Virus record (IMG/VR): IMGVR_UViG_3300037246_001354
Span: 1 to 40,674 of that record
DNA length: 40,674 nucleotides
Source: a virus
Strand: one strand, 5' to 3'
Within the stretch, counting starts at the first letter, position 1. Every line of letters starts with the position of its first letter. The translations under genes were made by a program, and so were the position numbers. This document shows, in pieces, positions 17,701 to 26,178 of the stretch. Under the pieces are notes generated by a model. It did not search any database. It saw only the letters and a list, made by a program, of their open reading frames with translations, and was not told the DNA's origin.

Positions 17701-17877
17701 AGTAATTTGCATTTCAAAATCAATGTCAAAATCACTAAAATGACCTACACCAAAATCATAATATGCATAAGAGACATCATCCCTGCGCATTGCAGTGAAT
17801 GTAGCCGCAGAAGAGTCTAAAGTAAAAACACCAGCGCTGCCAACTGCTGTATATGTAGTTAAATTTTCAATTGCCAT
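14788..17877 (-). CDS. giant fiber/adhesin-like protein: poly-Ser linkers + LVIVD-like beta-propeller + jelly-roll-like module (1029 aa)
   Basis: Eight ~45-aa repeats of form y.GVWGDGnFIYVA...GLRSYSVD.sGnLT. Four long SSSSLSSSS linkers. Central module CFITPNDDFDQPDGTVPDVQRW...FDNFLL is shared with two paralogs. Confidence 0.55.
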   Translation of the reverse strand: MAIENLTTYTAVGSAGVFTLDSSAATFTAMRRDDVSYAYYDFGVGHFSDFDIDFEMQITAVTGTISQTILCSVSNIIGTFNDQFSGNDGIVVYAYGNSNSLDFRISDQNTDNTEAYNDGGTSSDLLYCSFKRNGTIATLDIHSDSARTSGSLIDALSITCETGAKQYLYVLVSRDSGASPADSATGYTQNFEINFNSSSSSSSSISSSSSLSSSSLSSSSLSSSSSSSSISSSSLSSSSISSSSVSSSSRSSSSSSTCTGSGDIALMDDITVGSDSYADIWGDGNYIYVAGELEGLRSFSVDHGSGVLTHVDTDDQGNSYNGVWGDGNFIYVANSHLGLRSYSVDENGILTPIHLIDQGDNYQGVWGDGTFIYCACDNQGLRSYSVDGAGFLTFKDVDDQGSIYKDVWGDGNFIYVASTGIGILSYSVDGAGNLNHISTQKQGGGSNYQGVWGDGNFIYVANQNEGMQTYSVDESGNLSYVTVLAGGQPQKVWGDGTFIYCADLTQGFKSHVVDGSGNLTLLDTNTEVDAGLLSVWGDGKYVYVGKFATGTLGSYLIDDCSSSSSNSLSSSSSSSSLSSSSSSSSSSLSSSSSSSSLSSSSSSSSLSSSSSSLSSSSTPWKKARIRRRYKGSQFENCGLTPADYYELIKELEDRFILSSSSASSSSISSSSESFSSSSRSSSSSSISSISSSSSSVSSSSSSVSSSSSSRSSSSSSSSLSSSSLSSISSSSISSSSISSSSDSSSSSLSSSSSSESFSSSSTSSSSFSCFITPNDDFDQPDGTVPDVQRWTTVGNMIVSGEELIIHVDDTTNLSKATTRWLIPTNENFDVQTDWRELSIVSGSGWNVGFEVLQFTAGSRGTRVYKRAHTTTITEEMVSGGVVIDSTNVSAPITSGGFRITRVGDDWQSYYWNGSTWVAIGGPYTVQTFEEVDVSLYVQNYTGTPIVSAAFDNFLLVSGGFICPGSSSSSSSSVSSSSSSLSSSSSSSSSSLSSSSSSSVSSSSSSSSISSSSQSSSSESESLSISTSSP
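16053..16186. repeat. tandem 27-33-nt serine-codon repeat (about 5 copies) inside the 1029-aa gene
   Basis: The unit acttaatgagctagaactggaact(ggaact) recurs head-to-tail and encodes SSSSLSSSS. The period is always a multiple of 3. Confidence 0.7.
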
Positions 17878-17882
17878 ATAAT

Positions 17883-17892
17883 CTATTTATCC
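17883..17892 (-). promoter_or_regulatory. late-promoter-like GATAAATAG junction motif
   Basis: Minus strand reads GGATAAATAGATTAT-ATG, a 7/8 match to the T4 late consensus TATAAATA. The same motif recurs at four other gene junctions. Confidence 0.3.
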
Positions 17893-17893
17893 T

Positions 17894-20800
17894 TTATGGT
17901 GCTGTACTGCTAGAAGAAGTACTACTTGAACTAAAACTTCCAGCACATATAATTCCATCTGCTGAATTTACAACAAAATCATTCAAACTAATTGTTGATG
18001 TTGTTGCGTCGCCTGCTTTTAGATGTATTTGAATTTTTACATCCCCTGTGTAATCAGAAAGTAGAGCACCAGTTGTACTAGCCTGAGCACATATACTACC
18101 CCATCTTGATTGTGGTCCATACCAGGTCCATCCTCTTATTTCGTCACCAATTCTTGTAAATCTAAGACCTGGGTCACGTGGGTTCGCATCGTAACCTTGA
18201 TTACAAAATCCAGCTGTAGTACCTCTACCACCAACTCGATTTGCACCACCAGTTTGTTTATAGTTACGTATCATGGCTACCTCTAATGCTCCTAATCCTC
18301 CACTAGCTGGAACTACCTGCATTTGTGGAAACCAGTTTTCTGTTGTAGGATTAACGCCATGGAAATAACCAAGATGACCAATATGAATATCAAAGTCACC
18401 AACAAATCCATTTCTTGACTCTATAACGAAAAGTCTATCACCAACAGTAGATGCACTAGGATTGAAGTATAATGTATTATTCTTTATATATGCTCCATCT
18501 GGATCATCTGCCTGTAGTATACTCCACTTTTGAAGGTCTACTGAGTCACCATCACTGCCATCGAATGAATCATCAGGTACGATTTCACAAGAAACGCTAC
18601 TTGAACTTGTAGATGAACTAGAACTAGAACTTAATGAACTAGAACTAGAACTTAATGAACTAGAACTCACAGAACTACTTGAACTACTTGATGAACTTGA
18701 ATATGTTTCTCCAAATATACATTGTGCATTACTATTAAAATCACCTATGTATAGATACCTTACAGTTGTTCCTTCTCCTGATTTATCACCATTTGTATGT
18801 ACTATCTCTAATCCAACTTCACTAGGAAATCCTGTTATAGTTGGTGCTGAAAAGTAATCCCCGCCTCCTTTATTAAAATGGAATGTATCACCACTTCTTT
18901 GTAAGCGAAGGTTATAATCTCCATTCATAGCAGGATCATCAATCTGGATTCTTCCAGTTGGCACACCTGCGCTAGGCGTGTAATCATAATATGGTTGTGT
19001 TCCATTGAGGCCAGAATGGTATAATGCGGCTCCAAACTCAAAATACCAATCAGCGCCACTCGTAGGTAAGTCGAAAATTCTTAGATACTGTCTATGTCCA
19101 TCTACATCATGCCCAGAACCATCTGTATTTGAATAAGCAACCGTATAGTGTAAACTAAAGTTTCCATCAAAGCTACCTGTGAAAACAAATCTGGTTTTTC
19201 TATCCGTGATTGATAAATCTTGGTCATTTACAACTGATTCCATTACATAATCACCACTAATAAAACCATATTTTAACCACTCATCAACATTATTAGATAG
19301 TGGATGAGTAGTGTTCCATAATTGGCCACCTGGTTGTGAGTCGTTAGTATATGGAGTAGTAGGAGGCGGTGCGGCAGAAGCACAATCATTTCCACAACCA
19401 TCAAAACCACCACCATAGTTTTCAGATACACCCTTTTCTAAAAATGGTTCTTGTAATTGGAATCCAGCGGATGGTGTTAATACACAACTAAATGAACTAG
19501 AAATTGATATTGAACTTGATGAAAAACTTGAACTTGATGATGAGCTTGAAAGTCCACAGAATGAAACTAATACCCAAATTTGAAAAAGGTATCCATTTCT
19601 TAAAGCGCCCGAAGTATTACCGAATGCAAAGTCAATATCCAGATTTCTAAGATCATCCCATATCCAATTTTTATATCCCGGCCCCGCAGCATCATTAGTT
19701 ATATCAAAGGTATATATAGTTCCTCCTGCTCCTATAGTAGCAGGAAGTTGATCTGTTCCATAATCAGTTCCAGGAGTAACACCATCAAATCTTGGTGTAA
19801 AATTTCTTAATTTTGGATTCACTTTCGTATTTTCAGAAGCTATTTTAACTCTTATTTTAACTCCAAATATATCACCATATTCAGCCCCTGAAGGTATAGT
19901 ATTACCAGTAAATCTTAACAAATCACTTTGTGCACTACCCCATACATCAAATCTTGCATATGTATTTGGATCACCATCTGTGGAGTTAGGTAAATCAACC
20001 CAACTACCAGATTGTCCACCCAAATTTGAAACTGTATTATAGTCATAAGCGCCTTCTGGTATGCCAAGCGGACAAGATGAACTACTGCTTAAGGAAGACG
20101 ATGAAGAAGACGATGAAGAAGAAGTCGATGAACTGGAACTACTACTAGAAAATGTTTCTCCAATTATACAACCTGCATTACTCAAAGTATCCGCAAAATA
20201 ATCCATTCTAACTTCTGATCTTTGGTCAGTCCTAATACCATTTGTGTGTATTATTTCAATTCCAACCTCACTTGGAAAATCTGCTATTGTTACGTCTAAA
20301 GCTTTGGAATCACTGTTTCTATAAAATTGAAATGTTTGTCCTGATCTAAGTATTTTAGCTCTATGTCCAGCACTCTGTTGCCAGAAGGTGTCACCGGTAT
20401 ATTTAGTTCTTCCATTACTCACACCAGCACTTGGTGTATAGTCAGCGTAAGGTGATGATCCACCAATTCCAGTCTGCCATATGAGAACACCACATTCTAC
20501 GTACCAATCAGCGCCACCTGTTGGTAAATCGAAAAATCTAAAGAAGTACCTATGACCATCTACATCCACACCGCTATCTGTTGAGGCACTCCAAGGTGTT
20601 GCAAAGTTAATGCTGAAATCTCCATCAATTTTCCCTGTGAATTTATATTCGGTTTGTCTTTCTGATCCGGACACTTCCAAGTTATTTACTATTGATCTCA
20701 TTGATAAATATGGTTTATTGCTATTATCAGGATCAGCTCCCCAACTGTAGTAACTTAAAGAATTATCGCTATTATTAGGTTTTGGTGTAATTACTTCGAA

Positions 20801-22762
20801 TAATTGTCCACCAGGTTGAGCACCTAATGTATATGGAGTAGTTGGTGGCGGCGCTGCTGATGCAGGAGTAACTGGATATGGTAAATTTCCAATGTAGTCT
20901 CTTGATTCACCAGCTTCTAAGAATGGCTCAAGTATTTGGAATCCTCCGGCTGATACTAATACACAACTAAATGAACTAGAACTAAATGAGCTAGAACTAG
21001 AACTTAGAGAACTCGAACTTATAGAACTACTGCTCGAGCTAGAACTTGAACTTAGAGAACTACTGCTCGAGCTAGAACTTTCAGAACTAGAACTTACAGA
21101 ACTAGAACTTGAACTAGAACTTTCAGAACTAGAACTTGAAGAACTGGAAAGAGAACTTGAAGAACTCGAAGAAGAAGAACTCCATAAGCTTCCTTGACCA
21201 GCTATTACTAATAATGAGTCATTTGGTGGTGAACTTGATGCTGCCCAAACTCTCATTGTTTTTGAATCTATAAAATTTATCTCTATTGGGTAGTATATTT
21301 CTTTTGTTTCAGTATCCCATAATGTTGCTGCGTACGTATGTTGAACACCCATATAATGTACTATATCTGCATAGTATATACTACCACTTGGTACCCACAC
21401 TGCTTCATATTGTATATCTGATTCTGTTCCATCCTCCACTATCCTTATTTGTTTAAATATTAATTTATTATCTGTTGAATAAGGAAAAGCACCATCAGCT
21501 ACATATGACAATAAATCACAGATGTTTTTATTACTTATGACTTTATTATATCCAGCTGGTGGATCAGTTGTCGTTTTCCAAGAATAATCAAATTCACCCC
21601 AAGTTACTTTCATCAATCCATGAGTACCCACGGTACAAATTGTTTCACTTACTGAACTACTGCTTGAACTTACAGAGCTGCTACTACTGCTTGAACTTAC
21701 AGAGCTGCTTGAACTTGAAGAACTACTGCTCAAACTACTAGATGAACTAGATGAACTAGACGATACAGAACTAGAACTACTACTTGAACTGACACTTGAG
21801 CTACTTGATGATACTGAACTTGAGCTACTTGAAGAATATGAACTTGAAGAGGGTTCTACTTCATAACTAAACAAAATTCCATTAGGGATACCTACATAAA
21901 CGAAGTTTCCATCACCCCAAATTCCTCTGGAACCTGGAGCACTATCAAGTAGTATTAAACCACCAGTAGGATTTACAGAGTAGCTTGTAAAATTGCCTGT
22001 CGAATAAACAAGCTGTCCATCACCCCAAACTTTCCACGCATCTCCTGCTTCTAAGTTTCTACTTACATATGTTAAATTACCAGAAGGATCAACTGTGTAA
22101 GTTAAAACCCCCCTGGCATTACTAGAAACATACAAAAAGTTTCCATCCCCCCAAACATCAGTATATGAATTGGCAGGAACCTGAACTTCATAGTGTTTAT
22201 CTACAAATGTTAAATTACCAGAACCATCAACTGTGTAAGTTAAAAGTCCACCATTGGCTTGACCAGTAGTTATATAAATAAAATTTCCATCACCCCAAAC
22301 ATTTCTATATACAGTTGATCCTCCAATCCAATGAACATCTTTATATGTTAAGAAACCACCACCGTCAACAGAGTAGCTTTTAATTCCTTGCCATTGACTA
22401 GCAACATAAATAAAATTTCCATCACCCCAAACACTTACATAACCATTACCTCCAACTATTCCCCCTTGTAGGTGTTCATCTATAAATGTTAAATTACCAG
22501 AAGGATCAACGGAATAAGTTCTAAGACCACCAAATTCACAAGCAGCATAGATGAAAGTTCCATCTCCCCAAACGCCTGCATAAGCATGACCCTGGTCATC
22601 TGAATGTATAAATGTTAAATCACCAGAAGGATTTACAGAGTAAGTTCTAAGACCAGCAGCATCACAAGCAGCATAGATAAAGTTTTCATCTGTCCAAATA
22701 GCCATTGGTGTACCAGTACCCTTGTCATTTGTATCTTTAAGTGTTATATCACCTGCTGCCAT
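17894..22762 (-). CDS. giant fiber/adhesin-like protein with internal ~400-aa tandem domain duplication (1622 aa)
   Basis: N-terminal propeller repeats (VWGDGNFIYV...), then five poly-Ser linkers and two paralogous ~400-aa domains (SSFSCVL...AAPPPTTPYT...DVDGHRYFFRFFDLPTGGADWY...FPSEVGIEIIHTNG). C-terminal module CEIVPDDSFDGSDGDSVDLQKW. Confidence 0.55.
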   Translation of the reverse strand: MAAGDITLKDTNDKGTGTPMAIWTDENFIYAACDAAGLRTYSVNPSGDLTFIHSDDQGHAYAGVWGDGTFIYAACEFGGLRTYSVDPSGNLTFIDEHLQGGIVGGNGYVSVWGDGNFIYVASQWQGIKSYSVDGGGFLTYKDVHWIGGSTVYRNVWGDGNFIYITTGQANGGLLTYTVDGSGNLTFVDKHYEVQVPANSYTDVWGDGNFLYVSSNARGVLTYTVDPSGNLTYVSRNLEAGDAWKVWGDGQLVYSTGNFTSYSVNPTGGLILLDSAPGSRGIWGDGNFVYVGIPNGILFSYEVEPSSSSYSSSSSSSVSSSSSSVSSSSSSSSVSSSSSSSSSSLSSSSSSSSSSVSSSSSSSSVSSSSSSVSETICTVGTHGLMKVTWGEFDYSWKTTTDPPAGYNKVISNKNICDLLSYVADGAFPYSTDNKLIFKQIRIVEDGTESDIQYEAVWVPSGSIYYADIVHYMGVQHTYAATLWDTETKEIYYPIEINFIDSKTMRVWAASSSPPNDSLLVIAGQGSLWSSSSSSSSSSLSSSSSSSSESSSSSSSSVSSSSESSSSSSSSLSSSSSSSSSSISSSSLSSSSSSFSSSSFSCVLVSAGGFQILEPFLEAGESRDYIGNLPYPVTPASAAPPPTTPYTLGAQPGGQLFEVITPKPNNSDNSLSYYSWGADPDNSNKPYLSMRSIVNNLEVSGSERQTEYKFTGKIDGDFSINFATPWSASTDSGVDVDGHRYFFRFFDLPTGGADWYVECGVLIWQTGIGGSSPYADYTPSAGVSNGRTKYTGDTFWQQSAGHRAKILRSGQTFQFYRNSDSKALDVTIADFPSEVGIEIIHTNGIRTDQRSEVRMDYFADTLSNAGCIIGETFSSSSSSSSTSSSSSSSSSSLSSSSSCPLGIPEGAYDYNTVSNLGGQSGSWVDLPNSTDGDPNTYARFDVWGSAQSDLLRFTGNTIPSGAEYGDIFGVKIRVKIASENTKVNPKLRNFTPRFDGVTPGTDYGTDQLPATIGAGGTIYTFDITNDAAGPGYKNWIWDDLRNLDIDFAFGNTSGALRNGYLFQIWVLVSFCGLSSSSSSSSFSSSSISISSSFSCVLTPSAGFQLQEPFLEKGVSENYGGGFDGCGNDCASAAPPPTTPYTNDSQPGGQLWNTTHPLSNNVDEWLKYGFISGDYVMESVVNDQDLSITDRKTRFVFTGSFDGNFSLHYTVAYSNTDGSGHDVDGHRQYLRIFDLPTSGADWYFEFGAALYHSGLNGTQPYYDYTPSAGVPTGRIQIDDPAMNGDYNLRLQRSGDTFHFNKGGGDYFSAPTITGFPSEVGLEIVHTNGDKSGEGTTVRYLYIGDFNSNAQCIFGETYSSSSSSSSSSVSSSSLSSSSSSLSSSSSSSTSSSSVSCEIVPDDSFDGSDGDSVDLQKWSILQADDPDGAYIKNNTLYFNPSASTVGDRLFVIESRNGFVGDFDIHIGHLGYFHGVNPTTENWFPQMQVVPASGGLGALEVAMIRNYKQTGGANRVGGRGTTAGFCNQGYDANPRDPGLRFTRIGDEIRGWTWYGPQSRWGSICAQASTTGALLSDYTGDVKIQIHLKAGDATTSTISLNDFVVNSADGIICAGSFSSSSTSSSSTAP

Positions 22763-22803
22763 TTAAAATGTCCTTATTGTTAAATTATTCCATGTCATTT
22801 AAT

Positions 22804-22813
22804 CTATTTATCC
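22804..22813 (-). promoter_or_regulatory. late-promoter-like GATAAATAG junction motif
   Basis: GGGATAAATAGATTAAATG..., followed by an 11-codon mini-ORF ending IRTF* whose TAA overlaps the ATG of the downstream giant gene (TTTTAAATGG). Confidence 0.3.
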
Positions 22814-22814
22814 C

Positions 22815-25166
22815 TTATACTGCATATGATACCCTAAGTTCTGCACATAATGTTGTTGATAAATCATAAGCTTTAGCATCTCTATGTGTATTATTACTTG
22901 AGGCATCATTAATAATATGTACTGTCAAAGCCTGTCCAGTATTCCATCCAGCCCTTGCAAAATGTGTTTCTAATATTGAACTAAAATCATCTGAATCATA
23001 AGTATTACCATCAGACCAAATCTGTTCCCCATCCCAAGGTATTGAAGCCCCTAAAGGTCTACCAAGAAGATCGCCACTTCCAGTGGGTGCTGTTGGATTA
23101 TCAGCATCCTCAATTCGAATGTTTGTTCTGAAGGTATTATTTGGTCCTGACAAATTCGAAACAAAACGCAAAATCGCAGATGAAATGACAGTATCTTTTG
23201 GAATTGTAACTGATGAAAAACGAAACCATCCACGATTAGAGGCACCTTGTCTGTTTCCCATATTCACAGATACATTTGAATTAATCCACCCAGACCCATT
23301 TACATTGGACTGACCATCATCAGCGCCTGTTGCTATCCTAACAGCAAATGCAGCTAGCGAAGTAGAGGAACTTGAACTGCTTTCTGATGATGAACTTGAG
23401 CTTGAGCTTACTGAACTAGAACTTGAACTTAGTGATGATGAGCTACTACTTGATATTGAACTGGAACTTACAGAACTTGAGCTACTTGACGACGATGTGC
23501 TAGAACTAGAACTGGAACTTAGAGAACTTGAGCTTTCTAAGTCACCTTCTAATTGTTTCGATATATGACACTCAATTTGATAAGCAAGAGAATTACTAAT
23601 TGCTTTATTTTTATCATTTACATCGGCGTCACCAGTTGGATCATCTATTTGACTCCAATCTTGTGGATCAAATGGTGTATCATATATTGGGTGAAAATCA
23701 CCCCAAGTCATTATTCTATCTGCTGACTTAACACCACCATCATCGTCCCACTCTAATTTAATTCTATCATCCCACTCATAACCAAGTGGATCTACATTAT
23801 TCCACATTTCATCTTTTAAGTAGAACTCAAATATTCCACCATCAAAAGCTGAAGTAGCGGTTGAAGTAGTAACCGGGTTAGATATTTGCAAACCAACTTT
23901 ATCATATAATTCTGCTAAAACAACCGTATCAGTTTTATCAACATGTACAAAAACTGTTACTTCTTCTCCGACCCTTGGTACGCCTTGTCTATCTCTTAAT
24001 GAATACCAGAAATGCTTGAGTGTTGGTAATGCCAAACTAGTACTACTTGAACTTGAACTAAGGCTTGAGCTACTTGAACTTGAACTAAGGCTTGAGCTAC
24101 TTGATGAAGAGCTAGAACTAAGGCTTGAGCTACTTGAACTAAGGCTTGAGCTACTTAAACTGCTACTTGAACTACTTGAACTTAAAGAACTCGAACTTGA
24201 GCTAGAGCTAAGAGAACTTGAAGATGAACTTAAAGAACTCGAACTAATACTTGAACTTGAGCTACTGCTTGATTTTTCTGCTTCATATGACCAAAAATTC
24301 GTATCAGCACCACAATAAATAAAATTACTATCTGCCCAAATACCTCCATAATCACCACCTTCATCCTCTATATCTATAAATGTTAAATTACCCGAACCAT
24401 CTACACGATGGCTTCTTACGCCATCAATAGTATTGGCAGTATAGATAAAGTCTCCATCACCATAAACATCATCATAATCACCACCCTGATAATTCGTATC
24501 ATTTAGCGTAAAGCCTACACCATTATTACTAAAACTCCTTAAACCATCAGTACCACAAGCAACATAAATGTAGTTTCCATCACCCCAAACCCGTCTAAAT
24601 CCCTCTCCTGCAGCGGTAAAATACGATCCTATAAAAGTCAATTCACCTATGCCATTAACAGTATACTTAAGTATACCACCAGGAGTACCAGAAACAGCAA
24701 CATAAAGATATATTCCATCACCCCAAATACCCGAATAAAAACCACCCTGATCGTCATCATCAACTTCTGTTAATACGCCATTTCCGTCTACTGTGTGACT
24801 TCTAATACCAAAGCTCATAGCAGCAGTATAAACAAAATTTCCATCAGCCCAAACGTCCTGGTGAAAAGTAAAAACATGAGTACTTTTATATGTTAAAATA
24901 CCAGCACCATCTGCTTGATAGGTCAGCAATCCATCAGTCCCAGAAAGTGTTACATAAATAAAAGTTCCATCCCAAAAAACAAATTCATATCGTTTGCCTT
25001 GGTCATCTTGATCTACAAATGATAAATTCCCCGAGCCATCAACAGAGAAACTTTTTAATCCGTTAAAACTATCAGCAACATAAATGTAGTTTCCATCACC
25101 AAAACTTCCCCTATATCCAGGAGTACCACCGCCACCACCGATAAATGTTAAATCACCATATCCCAT
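22815..25166 (-). CDS. giant fiber/adhesin-like protein, propeller + Ser linkers + C-terminal globular domain (783 aa)
   Basis: N-terminal propeller repeats (FGDGNYIYVADSFNGLKSFSVDGSGNLSF...), two long poly-Ser linkers, and a C-terminal ~180-aa domain. Confidence 0.55.
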   Translation of the reverse strand: MGYGDLTFIGGGGGTPGYRGSFGDGNYIYVADSFNGLKSFSVDGSGNLSFVDQDDQGKRYEFVFWDGTFIYVTLSGTDGLLTYQADGAGILTYKSTHVFTFHQDVWADGNFVYTAAMSFGIRSHTVDGNGVLTEVDDDDQGGFYSGIWGDGIYLYVAVSGTPGGILKYTVNGIGELTFIGSYFTAAGEGFRRVWGDGNYIYVACGTDGLRSFSNNGVGFTLNDTNYQGGDYDDVYGDGDFIYTANTIDGVRSHRVDGSGNLTFIDIEDEGGDYGGIWADSNFIYCGADTNFWSYEAEKSSSSSSSSISSSSLSSSSSSLSSSSSSSSLSSSSSSSSLSSSSLSSSSSSLSSSSSSSSSSLSSSSSSSSLSSSSSSTSLALPTLKHFWYSLRDRQGVPRVGEEVTVFVHVDKTDTVVLAELYDKVGLQISNPVTTSTATSAFDGGIFEFYLKDEMWNNVDPLGYEWDDRIKLEWDDDGGVKSADRIMTWGDFHPIYDTPFDPQDWSQIDDPTGDADVNDKNKAISNSLAYQIECHISKQLEGDLESSSSLSSSSSSSTSSSSSSSSVSSSSISSSSSSSLSSSSSSVSSSSSSSSESSSSSSTSLAAFAVRIATGADDGQSNVNGSGWINSNVSVNMGNRQGASNRGWFRFSSVTIPKDTVISSAILRFVSNLSGPNNTFRTNIRIEDADNPTAPTGSGDLLGRPLGASIPWDGEQIWSDGNTYDSDDFSSILETHFARAGWNTGQALTVHIINDASSNNTHRDAKAYDLSTTLCAELRVSYAV

Positions 25167-25276
25167 TTAAAATGTCCTCATTGCTATTATTCTATTGCTG
25201 TTACTACAAAAGTACCCGCTGAAATCACTATCTGCTTCGGTATATTCACCTAATATATTTTCAATTGTCATATAAT

Positions 25277-25286
25277 CTATTTATCC
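25277..25286 (-). promoter_or_regulatory. late-promoter-like GATAAATAG junction motif with 34-codon mini-ORF
   Basis: GGATAAATAGATTAT-ATGACAATTGAAAAT... The mini-ORF MTIENILGEYTEADSDFSGYFCSNSNRIIAMRTF* shares its first codons with the 1029-aa gene (MAIENL...) and ends in the TTTTAAATGG start context of the 783-aa gene. Confidence 0.3.
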
Positions 25287-26102
25287 TATTGCTGTTATCA
25301 TAAACAATGCTGCAGATGGAGGAGTTGTTACAAATATCCTTAAATCATTTAGTCCTATAGTTTTTATTGTTTCTGGGATTATTAAATTATTATTATTTCT
25401 ATCTATTACTTGTACTATTGGATAATCATTATTGAGATTATGACTAATATCAGCATAATATAATGATCCAGAAGCTGCAAGAGCATGATCTTCTGGTATG
25501 CGACTGAAGTCTATGTCCGCAGCAGAAGCATCAAGAGATGTAGTCGACGCGCTTACTGCAAGAGTATAGATTTTATTTAGTAGTCTATTGCTGACTACTT
25601 TATTATATACATCACTCGAATCACATACAATAACAGGATGAATATTATGTGGTGATGCTGATGGAACCTCTGAATTAACATGTTGTTCCCATCTATACGC
25701 CAGAGCATTATTAATTAGTTTGTTTCTTCTAACTGCTTCATCATTTGGTGATTGACCACCTAAAGTTTCATCAATTTGGTATAGTGGTGGATATACATCA
25801 ATGTTCTGTATTGTGCCTCTTGATATACCAGGTTTATACCATGTTAACTTAAACCTTTGTGTGGATACGTAACCACCTTCTAATTCCCACTCATCACCTA
25901 CCCAAAACTCAAAGTATCCATCTGAATTTGTTACCAAGCTAACTGCATCCGTAGTCGTCATATGACCAACGGTTGGGTTGGTATAAATGCTTGCATACTG
26001 TGTGCTATCAGTATCTTCATTTAGAAAGAAGTCTACATCCACATTGATTATAGGTCTACCTTCTTCATCCACTATATACTGCCAATAATGTATTCTCGCC
26101 AT
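25281..26102 (-). CDS. fiber-associated protein (273 aa)
   Basis: NKLINNALAYRWEQHVNS ~ DKNKAISNSLAYQIECHISKQ in the 783-aa protein. SLYYADISHNL ~ SIYYADIVHYMG in the 1622-aa protein. Confidence 0.45.
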   Translation of the reverse strand: MARIHYWQYIVDEEGRPIINVDVDFFLNEDTDSTQYASIYTNPTVGHMTTTDAVSLVTNSDGYFEFWVGDEWELEGGYVSTQRFKLTWYKPGISRGTIQNIDVYPPLYQIDETLGGQSPNDEAVRRNKLINNALAYRWEQHVNSEVPSASPHNIHPVIVCDSSDVYNKVVSNRLLNKIYTLAVSASTTSLDASAADIDFSRIPEDHALAASGSLYYADISHNLNNDYPIVQVIDRNNNNLIIPETIKTIGLNDLRIFVTTPPSAALFMITAIG

Positions 26103-26120
26103 TATATATTTCCTCTTTAT

Positions 26121-26129
26121 CTATTTATC
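26121..26129 (-). promoter_or_regulatory. late-promoter-like GATAAATAG motif ~22 nt upstream of the ATG at 26102
   Basis: Minus strand reads GAAATAGATAAATAGATAAAGAGGAAATATATA-ATG. The spacing leaves room for a transcription start plus an AGAGGAAA RBS. Confidence 0.35.
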
Positions 26130-26178
26130 TATTTCTCTGTATACTGCTTAAAATTTAATCACATGAACTACTTGAACT

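Noticed and set aside
14790-24290. Regular short repeats considered as possible CRISPR arrays
   Set aside because: Repeat periods are 27-33 nt but contiguous (no unique spacers), always a multiple of 3, and lie inside long ORFs encoding Ser tracts. They are coding tandem repeats, not repeat-spacer arrays.
17883-25286. GATAAATAG junction motifs as straightforward T4 late promoters for the immediately following ATG
   Set aside because: In three junctions the motif ends only 6 nt before the first ATG, leaving no room for a transcription start plus RBS for that codon. I kept it as a late-promoter-like or junction element of uncertain function rather than a confident promoter call. The copies at 26121 and 32000 have plausible spacing.
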